This document shows positions 12,129 to 21,272 of a stretch of 64,000 bases of DNA, piece by piece; the stretch's first letter is position 1; every line of letters starts with the position of its first letter. The stretch lies in NCBI GenBank assembly GCA_034670305.1, contig JAXMNT010000006.1:32001-96000 (forward strand), in the 5' to 3' direction. The position numbers were made by a program, and so were the translations under genes. The notes under the pieces were generated by a model that saw only the letters and a program-made list of their open reading frames with translations, was not told the DNA's origin and did not search any database. Origin of the DNA: Deltaproteobacteria bacterium (lineage in GTDB: Bacteria; Myxococcota_A; Polyangia; Polyangiales; Houyiibacteriaceae).

Positions 12129-12249
12129 ACCGCATCAGCGCGAGCCGCGCAAGACTACCAGAGGCAGCCCACCACCGACCACCTCGGGCCGCAACGCGAT
12201 CCGATGGACCGGGCACGACCGCCGTTGGACGCAGTGTCCGGAACTTGAT

Positions 12250-13668
12250 TCAGCTCTGGGGCGACTTTCGGCCGAGCGCCTTCGTCTTGGTCGCCGAAGC
12301 CAGAATGAGGAAGCCCACCCCACCAGAGAGCATGGAAGCCGCGAGAATGCCGATCTTGGCCGCGTCGATTTGCGCGATGTCGGTGAACGCGAGCTCGGCG
12401 ATGAAGAGCGCCATGGTGAAGCCGATGCCGCCGAGCGCGCCGACCCCGACGATCTGTTTCCACGTGACGCCCGTCGGGAGATCGGCGAAGCCGAGCTTAA
12501 CCGCCAGCCAGGCGAAGCTCGTGATCCCCACCGTCTTGCCCACGAAGAGCCCCAGTACGATGCCGAGTACCAGCTGGCTCCCGAGGCTCGCTCCGATGTC
12601 TCCGCTCAAGGTCACGCCCGCGTTGGCAAACGCAAACACCGGGAGCACCACGAACGTCACGGGCCCGTGCAGCATGTGTTCGATGCGCTGCAGCGGGGCG
12701 CTCGCGAAACCGATCGTTTCGTTCATCTTGCCGAGCAGGTGCTGCTGTGCGGGGCTGTTCATCTGCGTGTCCTGCGGCACGTCGCGTTCGATCCGCCCGA
12801 CGAGCAGGGACACGCGGGCGAGGAAGTCTCCGCCGTCGATGCGCGTGCGCGCCGGGATGGTGAACGCCATGAGGATCGCCGCCACCGTGGCGTGCACGCC
12901 GGACTCGAGGAACCCGAGCCAAGCGACGACACCCACCAGCAAGTAGGTCATCGGGTTGCGGGTGCCGAGCAGATTCAGCCCAACCGAGATCCCAGCACAC
13001 ACGAACCCCACCGCGAGCGCCACGAGCGAGAGCTCCGAGGTGTAGAAGACTGCGATCACCAAAACCGCGCCGATGTCGTCAACGATCGCGAGGGCGGTGA
13101 GGAAGACCTTGAGGCCGAGCGGCACGCGGTCTCCGAGCAGCGCGAGCACACCGAGCGCGAACGCGATGTCGGTCGCCATCGGGATCCCCCACCCAGCTTC
13201 GGCGGGTCCCGACTGGTTGAGCGCGTAGAAGATCGCTGCGGGCACGAGGATGCCCCCCAGCGCCGCTATCGCGGGCAGCGACGCTTTGCGTAGAGACGAC
13301 AGCTCGCCGACCAGTACCTCACGTTTGATCTCGAGACCGACGAGGAAGAAGAAGATCCCCATGAGGCCGTCGTTGACCCAGTGGTGGAGGCTCTTCGCGA
13401 AGGTGTGGCCCCCGAGGTGAAGTCCGACGTCCAGCTCCAGCAGGTGGTGGTAGCTGTGCTGCCAGCGGGAGTTCGCCCAGACCAGCGCGACCGCCGTGCC
13501 GATCATCAGCAGCGCGGCGCCCGCCAACTTGTGGCGGGCGAAGAGGGTGACCGGTTTGAGAATGCGGTCGATCGGCCGGGGGCGCGGAGACAGGGCTTTG
13601 GTGAGCGATGTGATCAGCGAATCTTCGGTCGACACAGGATCCTTCCGTGGGTACGTGCGGCCGCCCAT
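12250..13668 (-). CDS. nhaA: Na+/H+ antiporter NhaA
   Basis: HWVNDGLMGIFFFLVGLEIKRE, GWGIPMATDIAF, LTALAIVDD, LGGIGFTMALFIAELAF. Confidence 0.97.
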   Translation of the reverse strand: MGGRTYPRKDPVSTEDSLITSLTKALSPRPRPIDRILKPVTLFARHKLAGAALLMIGTAVALVWANSRWQHSYHHLLELDVGLHLGGHTFAKSLHHWVNDGLMGIFFFLVGLEIKREVLVGELSSLRKASLPAIAALGGILVPAAIFYALNQSGPAEAGWGIPMATDIAFALGVLALLGDRVPLGLKVFLTALAIVDDIGAVLVIAVFYTSELSLVALAVGFVCAGISVGLNLLGTRNPMTYLLVGVVAWLGFLESGVHATVAAILMAFTIPARTRIDGGDFLARVSLLVGRIERDVPQDTQMNSPAQQHLLGKMNETIGFASAPLQRIEHMLHGPVTFVVLPVFAFANAGVTLSGDIGASLGSQLVLGIVLGLFVGKTVGITSFAWLAVKLGFADLPTGVTWKQIVGVGALGGIGFTMALFIAELAFTDIAQIDAAKIGILAASMLSGGVGFLILASATKTKALGRKSPQS

Positions 13669-13714
13669 GCCTGGGCACGGGCTTCACTTGGCGGTTGTGG
13701 ACTGCCGGTCAGGG

Positions 13715-14050
13715 TCAGGTGCCGGCGGTGACGCGGCTGCGTTCGACTCGCTCGATCCCATCCTGCAGCTGTCGGCGGGCCCGCTTGAGCGACTTCGAGA
13801 CCGCGTCGACGCGCGTTCGCTCCAACGCTCGGGCCACGACCGGTTCGCCGGCGTACCTCGGCGTGATCGTGAGCACACACTGCTGGTCGATTCCGCCCTT
13901 CGGGCCGTTCACGTCACTGAGCGAGACGCCCACTTCGCGGATCCGGTCCGCCAGTCGATCGAGGGCGTGACCGACCCGGCGCTCGATGTCGAGGATGGTG
14001 GCTTCTGGGTCGCTGGGTGCGACACCGACAAAACGTACGAGAACTTTCAC
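13715..14050 (-). CDS. HPF/RaiA-like (ribosome-associated family) small protein
   Basis: GGAGG RBS plus GTG start; ERRVGHALDRLADRIREVGVSLSDVNGPKGGIDQQC motif typical of the HPF-like subfamily. Confidence 0.75.
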   Translation of the reverse strand: MKVLVRFVGVAPSDPEATILDIERRVGHALDRLADRIREVGVSLSDVNGPKGGIDQQCVLTITPRYAGEPVVARALERTRVDAVSKSLKRARRQLQDGIERVERSRVTAGT

Positions 14051-14071
14051 TGCGACCTCCTGGGTGAATGA

Positions 14072-14206
14072 CGGGTCCGTTCGTCGGACCCGAGCCAAAG
14101 CAAGCAAGCGGTCACGTGGATCGACAGCCGCGGGTGCGGCTGGATCCTCGGGATGCGTGACCAGAGAAGCTCAGAGCCGACTTCGCCCGTGGGCGAAGGC
14201 GGCTCT
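14072..14206 (-). promoter_or_regulatory. Three consecutive strong hairpins in the 5' leader of the HPF-like/nhaA operon
   Basis: Inverted repeats at 14072-14092, 14110-14162 (nested) and 14173-14206. Confidence 0.5.
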
Positions 14207-14277
14207 CAGTGTCGTCGTGGAAGGAACACCCTCACGTCGCAGAACCTAGGGCCACCGCACCCCAGGACCAGTCCCGA

Positions 14278-14640
14278 CCAAGAATATTCGGAAGCTCCTG
14301 GAGCAGGGAGTGTCTTCAAAGCCCGGCGAAGCCGGGGCTCACGTACACGTGCACGTACTCGTAGACGTGCACGTATTCGTGAGCGTCCTCGTACCCGTTC
14401 AGCACATCTTGGAGAGCATCGAGACCACCCGAACGAGGAGCTGCCCTCGCGGTGAGTCTGCTCGCCCCCAAGAAATATTCGGAAGCTGGGAGTGTCTTCA
14501 AAGCCCGGCGAAGCCGGGCTCACGTACACGTGCACGTGCACGTACTCGTAGACGTGCACGTATTCGTAAGCGTCCTCGTACCCGTTCAGCACATCTTGGA
14601 GAGCATCGAGAGCTTTTTGCCCTCGCAGTGAGTCTGCTCA
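14278..14640. repeat. Imperfect tandem duplication (two ~180-bp copies)
   Basis: CCAAGA(A)ATATTCGGAAGC...GGGAGTGTCTTCAAAGCCCGGCGAAGCCGGG...CACGTACACGTGCACGTACTCGTAGACG...CAGCACATCTTGGAGAGCATCGAG occurs at ~14278 and ~14468. Confidence 0.9.
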
Positions 14641-14707
14641 TCGAGCAACTCGATCACGCGCAGGGCGTCAAGGAGCGCCCCGCACTCCATCGCGGAGCCG
14701 CGCGAGC
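14398..14707 (-). pseudogene. Remnants of the 3' end of a four-helix-bundle (23S rRNA IVP-like) gene, two fragments
   Basis: Minus-strand hand translation SRGSAMECGALLDALRVIELLDEQTHCEGKKL-SMLSKMC* (14707-14587) and QLLVRVVSMLSKMC* (~14442-14398) resemble the RGSAxEC...LLxRIVxML C-terminus of this family. Confidence 0.7.
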
Positions 14708-14709
14708 AT

Positions 14710-14773
14710 TTCTTGGGAGCACAGCCGTCCCGGTGACGCCGCTGGCTCGCTTCGCGAGGCTGCACGCTGTCGA
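14710..14773 (+). repeat. REP/MITE-like dispersed repeat, copy 1
   Basis: TTCTTGGGAGCACAG-CCGTCCCGGTGACGCCGCTGGCTCGCTTCGCGAGGCTGCACGCTGTCGA, near-identical to 46352-46423. Confidence 0.85.
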
Positions 14774-14981
14774 ATATTCGAGGTGCGCTTGCGTTGGTTC
14801 AGAGCGACCGTGATACCCAACGCCAACCCGCGCCGTTCGCAGTGTCCGCACGTTGCGCCACGGCCAGAGCGCATTTCGCGATCCTTCTTCTCGGGCATAC
14901 CGAAAACTGGCCCAGGTGGGTTTCGCTCGGTACCAGCAAGGTGGGCCGGTCGCGCGTGTGCGTGGCCCCCGCGGAGGTTCG

Positions 14982-17426
14982 ATGGACGTGAACGGGATCG
15001 TGGCGCAGGCGAAGCGACAGGCACGGAGGCGCAACCAGCTGCCTTCGACCGCGCACCTGCTCTTGGTGATGCTCCAGCGCGGATGTGTCGCGGGAGATCT
15101 GCTGGGCCGCCACGGGGTCCGCGAGAGCGATCTTCTAAGCGCCCTCAAAGTCATCGATCCCGAAACGGACAGCACCCTCGATCGCGTCATCGAACGCACC
15201 CGAAAGATCGCGTCCCGCCACGGCGATCTGCCGCCCGGTCCGCTGCACCTGCTCTTGGCGATCACCAAAGACACCCGCACCGCCGGTCACCGCAGCCTCG
15301 ACAAGATCGGCGCGGGCCCAGGTCGCGTCGCGGATGAGCTGCGGCAGCGCCTGCAGGTGCCCGATGCGCAACCGCCTGCACGCCCCCGGGAGCGCGACGA
15401 GGTCGCGGGCACCCGCGCGCCCCGCCGTCAGCCGACCATGCCCCGCCGGACGCGGCGTGGACCGGCGAACGCGAAGATCCCGAAGCACGACCCGCTACCG
15501 GACGCGAGCTCGCTGATGGCGAGCTTGGAGCCGTCACCGATCGAGTCGCAACCACCGCCTCCGATGCATCCCAAGCGGACCAGCGACCGCAAGAGCAACC
15601 GGCCGCGCGCGCGCCGTGACGCGGAGTCGAGTGCGCCGCTGCCGCCGGATCTGAACGTGCCGATGGGTCCGTTCGATCTCGATCCGAAACACTTCCCCGT
15701 CCTCTGCGGTCTCGGTCGCAACCTCACCGCGCTCGCCGCGGACGGCCGGTTCGACCCGGTCGTCGGCCGCGACGAAGAGATCGAGCTGTTGCTCGATGTC
15801 TTGGCGCGCCGGCGCTCGAACAACCCGGTCGTCGTCGGTCCGCCCGGCGTCGGCAAGACCGCCATCGTCGAAGGGCTGGCGCAGTGTCTCGCCGATGGCG
15901 GCGACGGAGTGCACGGGCTCGAAGGCAAGATCGTCATCGAGATGTCCGCCGGCAGTCTGGTCAGCGGCACCGGCGTGCGCGGTGCGCTCGCCGACAAGAT
16001 GCGTGCGCTCCGGGAAGAAGTGCTCCGCGCCGCAGGCCGCGTGATCCTCTTCATCGACGAGATCCACGCCATCGTCGGTGGCGACGGTCCCGACGGACTC
16101 GCGAGCGAACTGAAGTCGTCCCTCGCGCGCGGCGAACTTCCCTGCATCGGCGCCACCACCGACGCCGAGTACCGACAGCACTTCGAACGCGACGCCGCCC
16201 TCGCGCGCCGGTTCAGTCCGATCCGTGTCGACGAGCCAAGCCACGAAGCGACCGCGTCGATCCTCGCGGGCGTGGCGCCGCGCTACGCGTCCCACCACGA
16301 GGTGAAGTACGACGACGACGCGCTGCACGCGTCCATCGCACTGAGCGTGCGTTTCCTTCCGGAGCGCCGCCTGCCCGACAAAGCGATCGGCGTGCTCGAT
16401 CTCGCTGGCGCGCGGGTGCGCCGGCGAGGCGGAAAGCGCGTGGACCGCGCGGCGGTGGCTTCGGTCATTGCCGAGCAGGCCCGCGTGCCCGTCGAGCGCC
16501 TCCTGATGCGCGACGGAGAACGGCTCGAACGGCTCGAGTCGTTGCTCGGTGAGCGCGTCGTCGGACATGGCCACGCGATGACCCGCATCGCGGACTCGTT
16601 GCGCCGAGGCGCCGCGGGCTTTCGCGGCAAACGCCCGCTCGGCACGTTCTTGTTTCTCGGACCGACCGGCGTCGGCAAGACCGAGACCGCCAAAGCGATC
16701 AGCGACGTGTTCTTCGGCTGCCCGATGACGCGCCTCGACATGAGCGAGCTCGGCGAGTCGCACTCGGCTGCCCGCATGCTCGGTGCGCCGCCCGGCTACG
16801 TCGGCCACGACTCCGGCGGCCAGCTCACCGAAGCGGTCCGCCGCCGTCCGTACCAGCTCGTGCTGCTCGACGAGATCGAGAAAGCGCACCCGGAGGTGTT
16901 GCTCTCGCTGCTTCCGTTGCTCGACGAAGGCCGACTCACGGACGGCAAGGGACGCACCTCCGACTTCACGAACACCATCATCGTGATGACCTCGAACCTC
17001 GGCGTGCAGGTGTCCACGAAGCGCCGGGTCGGGTTCGGGGAAGAAGCGTCCAGCGTGAACCCGATCGCCGAAGCCGCGCGCCGCGCGCTCCCGCCCGAGT
17101 TGTGGAACCGCATCGACGAACCGATCGTGTTCGCGCCGCTCGACCGCGACGAAGTCCGCGAGATCGGCCGCCGCCTGCTCGGCGCGGTGGGCCGCGATCT
17201 CATGGCGCGCGCCCGCATCGAACTCGAGATCGACGACACCGCCGTGGAGGCGTTGCTCGAGGCGGGCGGCTTCGACCCGACCCTCGGCGCGCGCCCCATG
17301 CGCCGCACCGTCAGCCGGCTCGTCGAGTCCCCGCTCGCATCGCTCATCCTGTCCGGGAAGATCGACGCAGGCGCGAAAGTTCGCGTCCGTGGCGACGGAG
17401 CGAGCGTCGAGTTCGACGTGGTGTAG
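14982..17426 (+). CDS. ClpA/ClpC-family AAA+ chaperone ATPase (two NBDs, Clp-N domain, Pro/Arg-rich linker)
   Basis: DPVVGRDEEI, NNPVVVGPPGVGKTAIVEGLA, FIDEIH, RRLPDKAI, FLGPTGVGKTE, GAPPGYVG, LLDEIEKAHP, VGF ClpP-docking loop, GARPMRR; GGAGG RBS. Confidence 0.93.
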   Translation: MDVNGIVAQAKRQARRRNQLPSTAHLLLVMLQRGCVAGDLLGRHGVRESDLLSALKVIDPETDSTLDRVIERTRKIASRHGDLPPGPLHLLLAITKDTRTAGHRSLDKIGAGPGRVADELRQRLQVPDAQPPARPRERDEVAGTRAPRRQPTMPRRTRRGPANAKIPKHDPLPDASSLMASLEPSPIESQPPPPMHPKRTSDRKSNRPRARRDAESSAPLPPDLNVPMGPFDLDPKHFPVLCGLGRNLTALAADGRFDPVVGRDEEIELLLDVLARRRSNNPVVVGPPGVGKTAIVEGLAQCLADGGDGVHGLEGKIVIEMSAGSLVSGTGVRGALADKMRALREEVLRAAGRVILFIDEIHAIVGGDGPDGLASELKSSLARGELPCIGATTDAEYRQHFERDAALARRFSPIRVDEPSHEATASILAGVAPRYASHHEVKYDDDALHASIALSVRFLPERRLPDKAIGVLDLAGARVRRRGGKRVDRAAVASVIAEQARVPVERLLMRDGERLERLESLLGERVVGHGHAMTRIADSLRRGAAGFRGKRPLGTFLFLGPTGVGKTETAKAISDVFFGCPMTRLDMSELGESHSAARMLGAPPGYVGHDSGGQLTEAVRRRPYQLVLLDEIEKAHPEVLLSLLPLLDEGRLTDGKGRTSDFTNTIIVMTSNLGVQVSTKRRVGFGEEASSVNPIAEAARRALPPELWNRIDEPIVFAPLDRDEVREIGRRLLGAVGRDLMARARIELEIDDTAVEALLEAGGFDPTLGARPMRRTVSRLVESPLASLILSGKIDAGAKVRVRGDGASVEFDVV

Positions 17427-17516
17427 TGGCCGTAGCCAGTTCGTGACGGAAGCAACGGCGGCGGCATCAACGCCGTCGGTACTGCCGCACGCGCTCGGCG
17501 TGGGTATGCTCCCGGC

Positions 17517-18179
17517 GTGGCAACCTCCATCCCCCCGGTCCCCACGCGACGCATCACCGCAACCGCGTTCGCGCTGCTCGCACTGACGGGATGCCCCGAC
17601 GCCGAGGTCGGTCCAGGCGCCACGCCGGAGTCGCCATTCGCGCCGAGGGGCGTCGCGGCCAATGGCAACGGCGCTGACTTTGGGAATCGCAGCGCCGGCC
17701 TGCCTGGCATCGCACCCGTGGCCGACGACCGCCCACGCCACGCGACCGAGTCCCCCGCCCTACGCCCGGCGCTTCCCGACGGAGTCGATGTACGCGTCAC
17801 GCGCGTCACCGACGGCGACACCGTGCACATCGAATACGAAGGCCGGGACGAACGGCTTCGCTACATCGGCGTGAACACCCCGGAGACCGCGCACTCGCCG
17901 CGCGGCCTCGAGCCCTACGGCAACGAAGCCACCGAACTCAACGCCTCCCTCGTGGGCGGCCAGACCGTGCGCCTCGTCCTCGGCCGCGACCCGCGCGACC
18001 GCTACGACCGGTTGCTCGGTTACGTCTACCTCCAGGACGGAACGTTCGTGAACGCGGCGCTGGTCGAACGCGGCTACGCCCGCGTGATGACCGTGCGCCC
18101 GAACAACGAGTTCGAACCCCTCTTCCGCCGCCTCGAGAACGAAGCCCGCACCGCCCGCCGCGGCCTCTGGTCGCGCTGA
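17517..18179 (+). CDS. Thermonuclease (SNase) family lipoprotein
   Basis: Lipobox LTGC; VTRVTDGDT, LRYIGVNTPE, DRYDRLLGYV, NAALVERGYA, ARTARRGLW. Confidence 0.93.
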   Translation: MATSIPPVPTRRITATAFALLALTGCPDAEVGPGATPESPFAPRGVAANGNGADFGNRSAGLPGIAPVADDRPRHATESPALRPALPDGVDVRVTRVTDGDTVHIEYEGRDERLRYIGVNTPETAHSPRGLEPYGNEATELNASLVGGQTVRLVLGRDPRDRYDRLLGYVYLQDGTFVNAALVERGYARVMTVRPNNEFEPLFRRLENEARTARRGLWSR

Positions 18180-18195
18180 CGCTCGCATCGGACGG

Positions 18196-18320
18196 GCATC
18201 GGTGTCGGCTTCGGGATCGGTGTCGGGATCGGCGTCGGATTCGGCTTCGGATTCGGCTTCGGATTCGGCTTCGGGATCGGCTTCGGGTTCGGGTTCGGCT
18301 TCGGCTTCGGCTTCGGAGTC
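18196..18320. repeat. (TTCGGC/TTCGGA/ATCGGC)n hexamer array
   Basis: Read directly between the convergent nuclease and dusB genes. Confidence 0.9.
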
Positions 18321-18393
18321 CGCCTCGGAGCCTCACGTACACGGGATCCCTCCTGCCGAGCCCTCGTCACGTCAAGCGAGTGTCTCGTGCTGC

Positions 18394-19623
18394 TCAGCCG
18401 CCGCTGTGTATTTCGTCGGCGCCTTCGGGGGGTTGGGCGTTTGTCAGGCGGTCGATGAGGAAACCCTCTGGGAGACTGACCTTTTGCGTGCCCGCCGTCT
18501 TGCCTCGCTGCACGCGCATCGCGGTAGGGGGGAACGGCTCGTCGGGGTCGCGGGCTCGGAGGATCTCTTCGAGCTCGACCAGGGTCTTGGTTTGCATGAG
18601 GCGCTGGCGGAAGGACGCGCTGCCGCGGAAGCCCTTCGTGTACCAGGTGGCGTGGCGGCGGAAGGCGCGCATCGCGGGGCCTTCGCCCATCCACTCCGCG
18701 AGGTCTTTCGCGTGGCGGAGCATGGCGTCGACGATGGCGCCGAAGCGGGGCGGGTCTTGCGGCTGTCGGCCTTCGAAGACGTCGGTGAGATCGCGGAACA
18801 GCCAGGGGCGGCCGAGGCAGCCGCGGCCAACAACGACTCCGTCGCAGCCGGTCTCACGCATCATGCGCAGCGCGTCCCACGCTTCCCAGATGTCGCCGTT
18901 GCCGAGCACGGGGATGGAGGTGACGAGCGACTTGAGGTGCGCGATCGCATCCCAGCGGGCTTCGCCGTCGTAGAGCTGCGCCGCGGTGCGCGCGTGCAGC
19001 GCGATGGCCGCGCAGCCTTCGTCTTCGCCGATGCGGCCGGCGTCTTCGTACGTGAGCAAGTCCTCGTCGATGCCCATGCGGAACTTGATCGTGACCGGCA
19101 CGTCTCCTGAGTTCTTCACTGCCGCGCGCACGATGTCGCGCAACAAGAGGGGCCGCGCGGGGATGGCGGAGCCGCCGCCTTTGCGGGTGACCTTCCGGAC
19201 GGGGCAGCCGAAGTTCATGTCGATGTGATCGACCCGCCCTTCGCCGACCAGACGTTTGACCGCTTCGCCGACGTAATAGGGATCGACCCCGTAGAGCTGG
19301 AGACTGCGCGGGGATTCTTCGGGTCCGAAGTCCGCGAGACGGAGTGTCTTCTCGCGCCCGTCGACGAGTGGGCGCGCGGTGATCATCTCGGAGACGAAGA
19401 GTGCGTTCGCGCTGGTCTCCGCCGCGCTGCTGTCAGCCCGCGGTTCGGGGCTGCGGGCGAAGTCGGCGCAGAGGGTGCGAAAGGGCCAGTTGGTCACCCC
19501 GGCCATCGGCGCGAGCACGACCGGCGGCCAGACACGGATCGGTCCCACGTCGAACGAGGAGAACTCGCCCGCCTTCGCCACCGTGACGTCGCGGTTGATG
19601 TTGCCTTTGTAGATGGGATCCAT
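18394..19623 (-). CDS. dusB: tRNA-dihydrouridine synthase DusB
   Basis: [57 protein letters not shown]; true start MDPIYKG (the upstream extension is repeat-derived). Confidence 0.95.
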   Translation of the reverse strand: MDPIYKGNINRDVTVAKAGEFSSFDVGPIRVWPPVVLAPMAGVTNWPFRTLCADFARSPEPRADSSAAETSANALFVSEMITARPLVDGREKTLRLADFGPEESPRSLQLYGVDPYYVGEAVKRLVGEGRVDHIDMNFGCPVRKVTRKGGGSAIPARPLLLRDIVRAAVKNSGDVPVTIKFRMGIDEDLLTYEDAGRIGEDEGCAAIALHARTAAQLYDGEARWDAIAHLKSLVTSIPVLGNGDIWEAWDALRMMRETGCDGVVVGRGCLGRPWLFRDLTDVFEGRQPQDPPRFGAIVDAMLRHAKDLAEWMGEGPAMRAFRRHATWYTKGFRGSASFRQRLMQTKTLVELEEILRARDPDEPFPPTAMRVQRGKTAGTQKVSLPEGFLIDRLTNAQPPEGADEIHSGG

Positions 19624-19666
19624 CGGGAGCCCTCTCCATAACGCGTGGAGACCGATCGCGCCCGGA

Positions 19667-19875
<209 letters not shown>

Positions 19876-19885
19876 CCGACGGGGG

Positions 19886-21253
19886 CTACCGCTTGGAGGT
19901 GAACCGCAGGTTCGCGCGGAGCGGCTTTTTGCGGTTCTGTTTGGCCAGCCGCTTCGTCAATCGATGGACCCGGCGGTCGCGGGGTTCTTCGTCTTCTTCC
20001 GCGGCCGTATGGAGCGCGTGCACGAGCGCGGGCACGGTGCGTTTTTGGCGGCGCTCGTACATCTTGCTGAGTTCGAGGTGGACGAACGCGCGGCGTTCGG
20101 GCGGTGCAGCTTCGAGTGCCTTTTGGAGCGCGAGTTGTTCTGCCGCGATGAGGCCGCCGCGTTTGGCGGTGCGGGCGAGGACGAGCAATGCGTCGAGGGT
20201 GTTGTCGGCGTTGCCGCCGCCTTCGGCTGCAGCGGTGGCGAACTGCTCCGCGCGCTCCATGTCGCCGGCGCGTTCGGCGACGCGGGCGAAGGCGAGGTGG
20301 TCGCGGGGATCGTCTTCTCGGCGGACTTGTTGGAACCGGCGGGCGAGCTCTCCGAGGATGGCCGCGAGGGCGACCAAGTCGTGGCCGTTGTGTTCGAGCA
20401 CTCCGTCGAGACGGCCTGGATCGGCGGTGCGCAAGAAACGGAGGTAGATGCCGGGGATCTCGGCGCCACTCACGTCGTGTTCGCGCACGAAGCCGAGCAG
20501 CTCACGCTCCATGTCGACGAGCCGCACCCGGTCGAGGCGTTTCTTGAACACGCGACGTGCGCAGTGCAGCAAGTCGAGGTGCGGCGGGATCGGCGGGGTG
20601 GGCACGCGGTTCATCACGTAGCGGGTGCGGAGCAGCGGCCAGTCGAAGCTCTTGCCGTTGTAGCTGACGATGCAGCTGGCGTTGCGGATGCGGTCGGCGA
20701 GGTGTTCGAGCATCGGTCGCTCGTGGCCGAGTTTGGTCAAGACCAGCTGCTCGACGCAGAGCGATTCGTCTTCGAAGAACGCGACGCCGATCAGAAACGC
20801 GACGGTGCCGGCTGCGGTGCTCAGACCGGTGGTCTCGGTGTCGATCAAGAGCATGCGCGAGAGGTCGACGCCGTCGAATACTGGATCGAGCGCGAGCTCC
20901 GCGACCAAGGTGGAGGACGCTTCGAGCGCGCTCGCGGCCCGCACGACGCCGTGGGTGTCGGCGGGCTGCAGCCAGGTGCGCGCGAAGTGCACCGGACCGT
21001 GCGGCGTCTCTTCCACCGCGCCGGGCAGCTCCTTGCCGGAGTGCACCGCGGGCAGACGCGCGGTCCGGGACAGGCGCGAGGCGAGCAGCGAACCGGCGCT
21101 CGCGGGCGGACGCTTCTCCTGCGCCGCCGCCATCTTCTGAAGCAGCTCGCGGGCGCGATCGAGACGCGTACCGACCGAGTCTTCCTCCACCGGGGGTGCC
21201 GGCATCTTCACCACCGGCGCGAGCCGATCGAGTTTGTCGCGGAAGCTGCCCAT
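19886..21253 (-). CDS. mrfB: YprB/MrfB-like DEDDh exonuclease (RNase H-like) with TPR tail
   Basis: [44 protein letters not shown]; directly downstream of a DUF1998 helicase. Confidence 0.85.
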   Translation of the reverse strand: MGSFRDKLDRLAPVVKMPAPPVEEDSVGTRLDRARELLQKMAAAQEKRPPASAGSLLASRLSRTARLPAVHSGKELPGAVEETPHGPVHFARTWLQPADTHGVVRAASALEASSTLVAELALDPVFDGVDLSRMLLIDTETTGLSTAAGTVAFLIGVAFFEDESLCVEQLVLTKLGHERPMLEHLADRIRNASCIVSYNGKSFDWPLLRTRYVMNRVPTPPIPPHLDLLHCARRVFKKRLDRVRLVDMERELLGFVREHDVSGAEIPGIYLRFLRTADPGRLDGVLEHNGHDLVALAAILGELARRFQQVRREDDPRDHLAFARVAERAGDMERAEQFATAAAEGGGNADNTLDALLVLARTAKRGGLIAAEQLALQKALEAAPPERRAFVHLELSKMYERRQKRTVPALVHALHTAAEEDEEPRDRRVHRLTKRLAKQNRKKPLRANLRFTSKR

Positions 21254-21272
21254 CAGAACTGCGAGTCCCGCT

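Noticed and set aside
14153-14813. HVHVYE / RTRAR ORFs
   Set aside because: Translations of the duplicated CACGTG/TACGAG tract rather than real genes.
17517-18179. ClpA + nuclease as a defence module
   Set aside because: The nuclease has a lipoprotein signal and looks like an ordinary exported thermonuclease.
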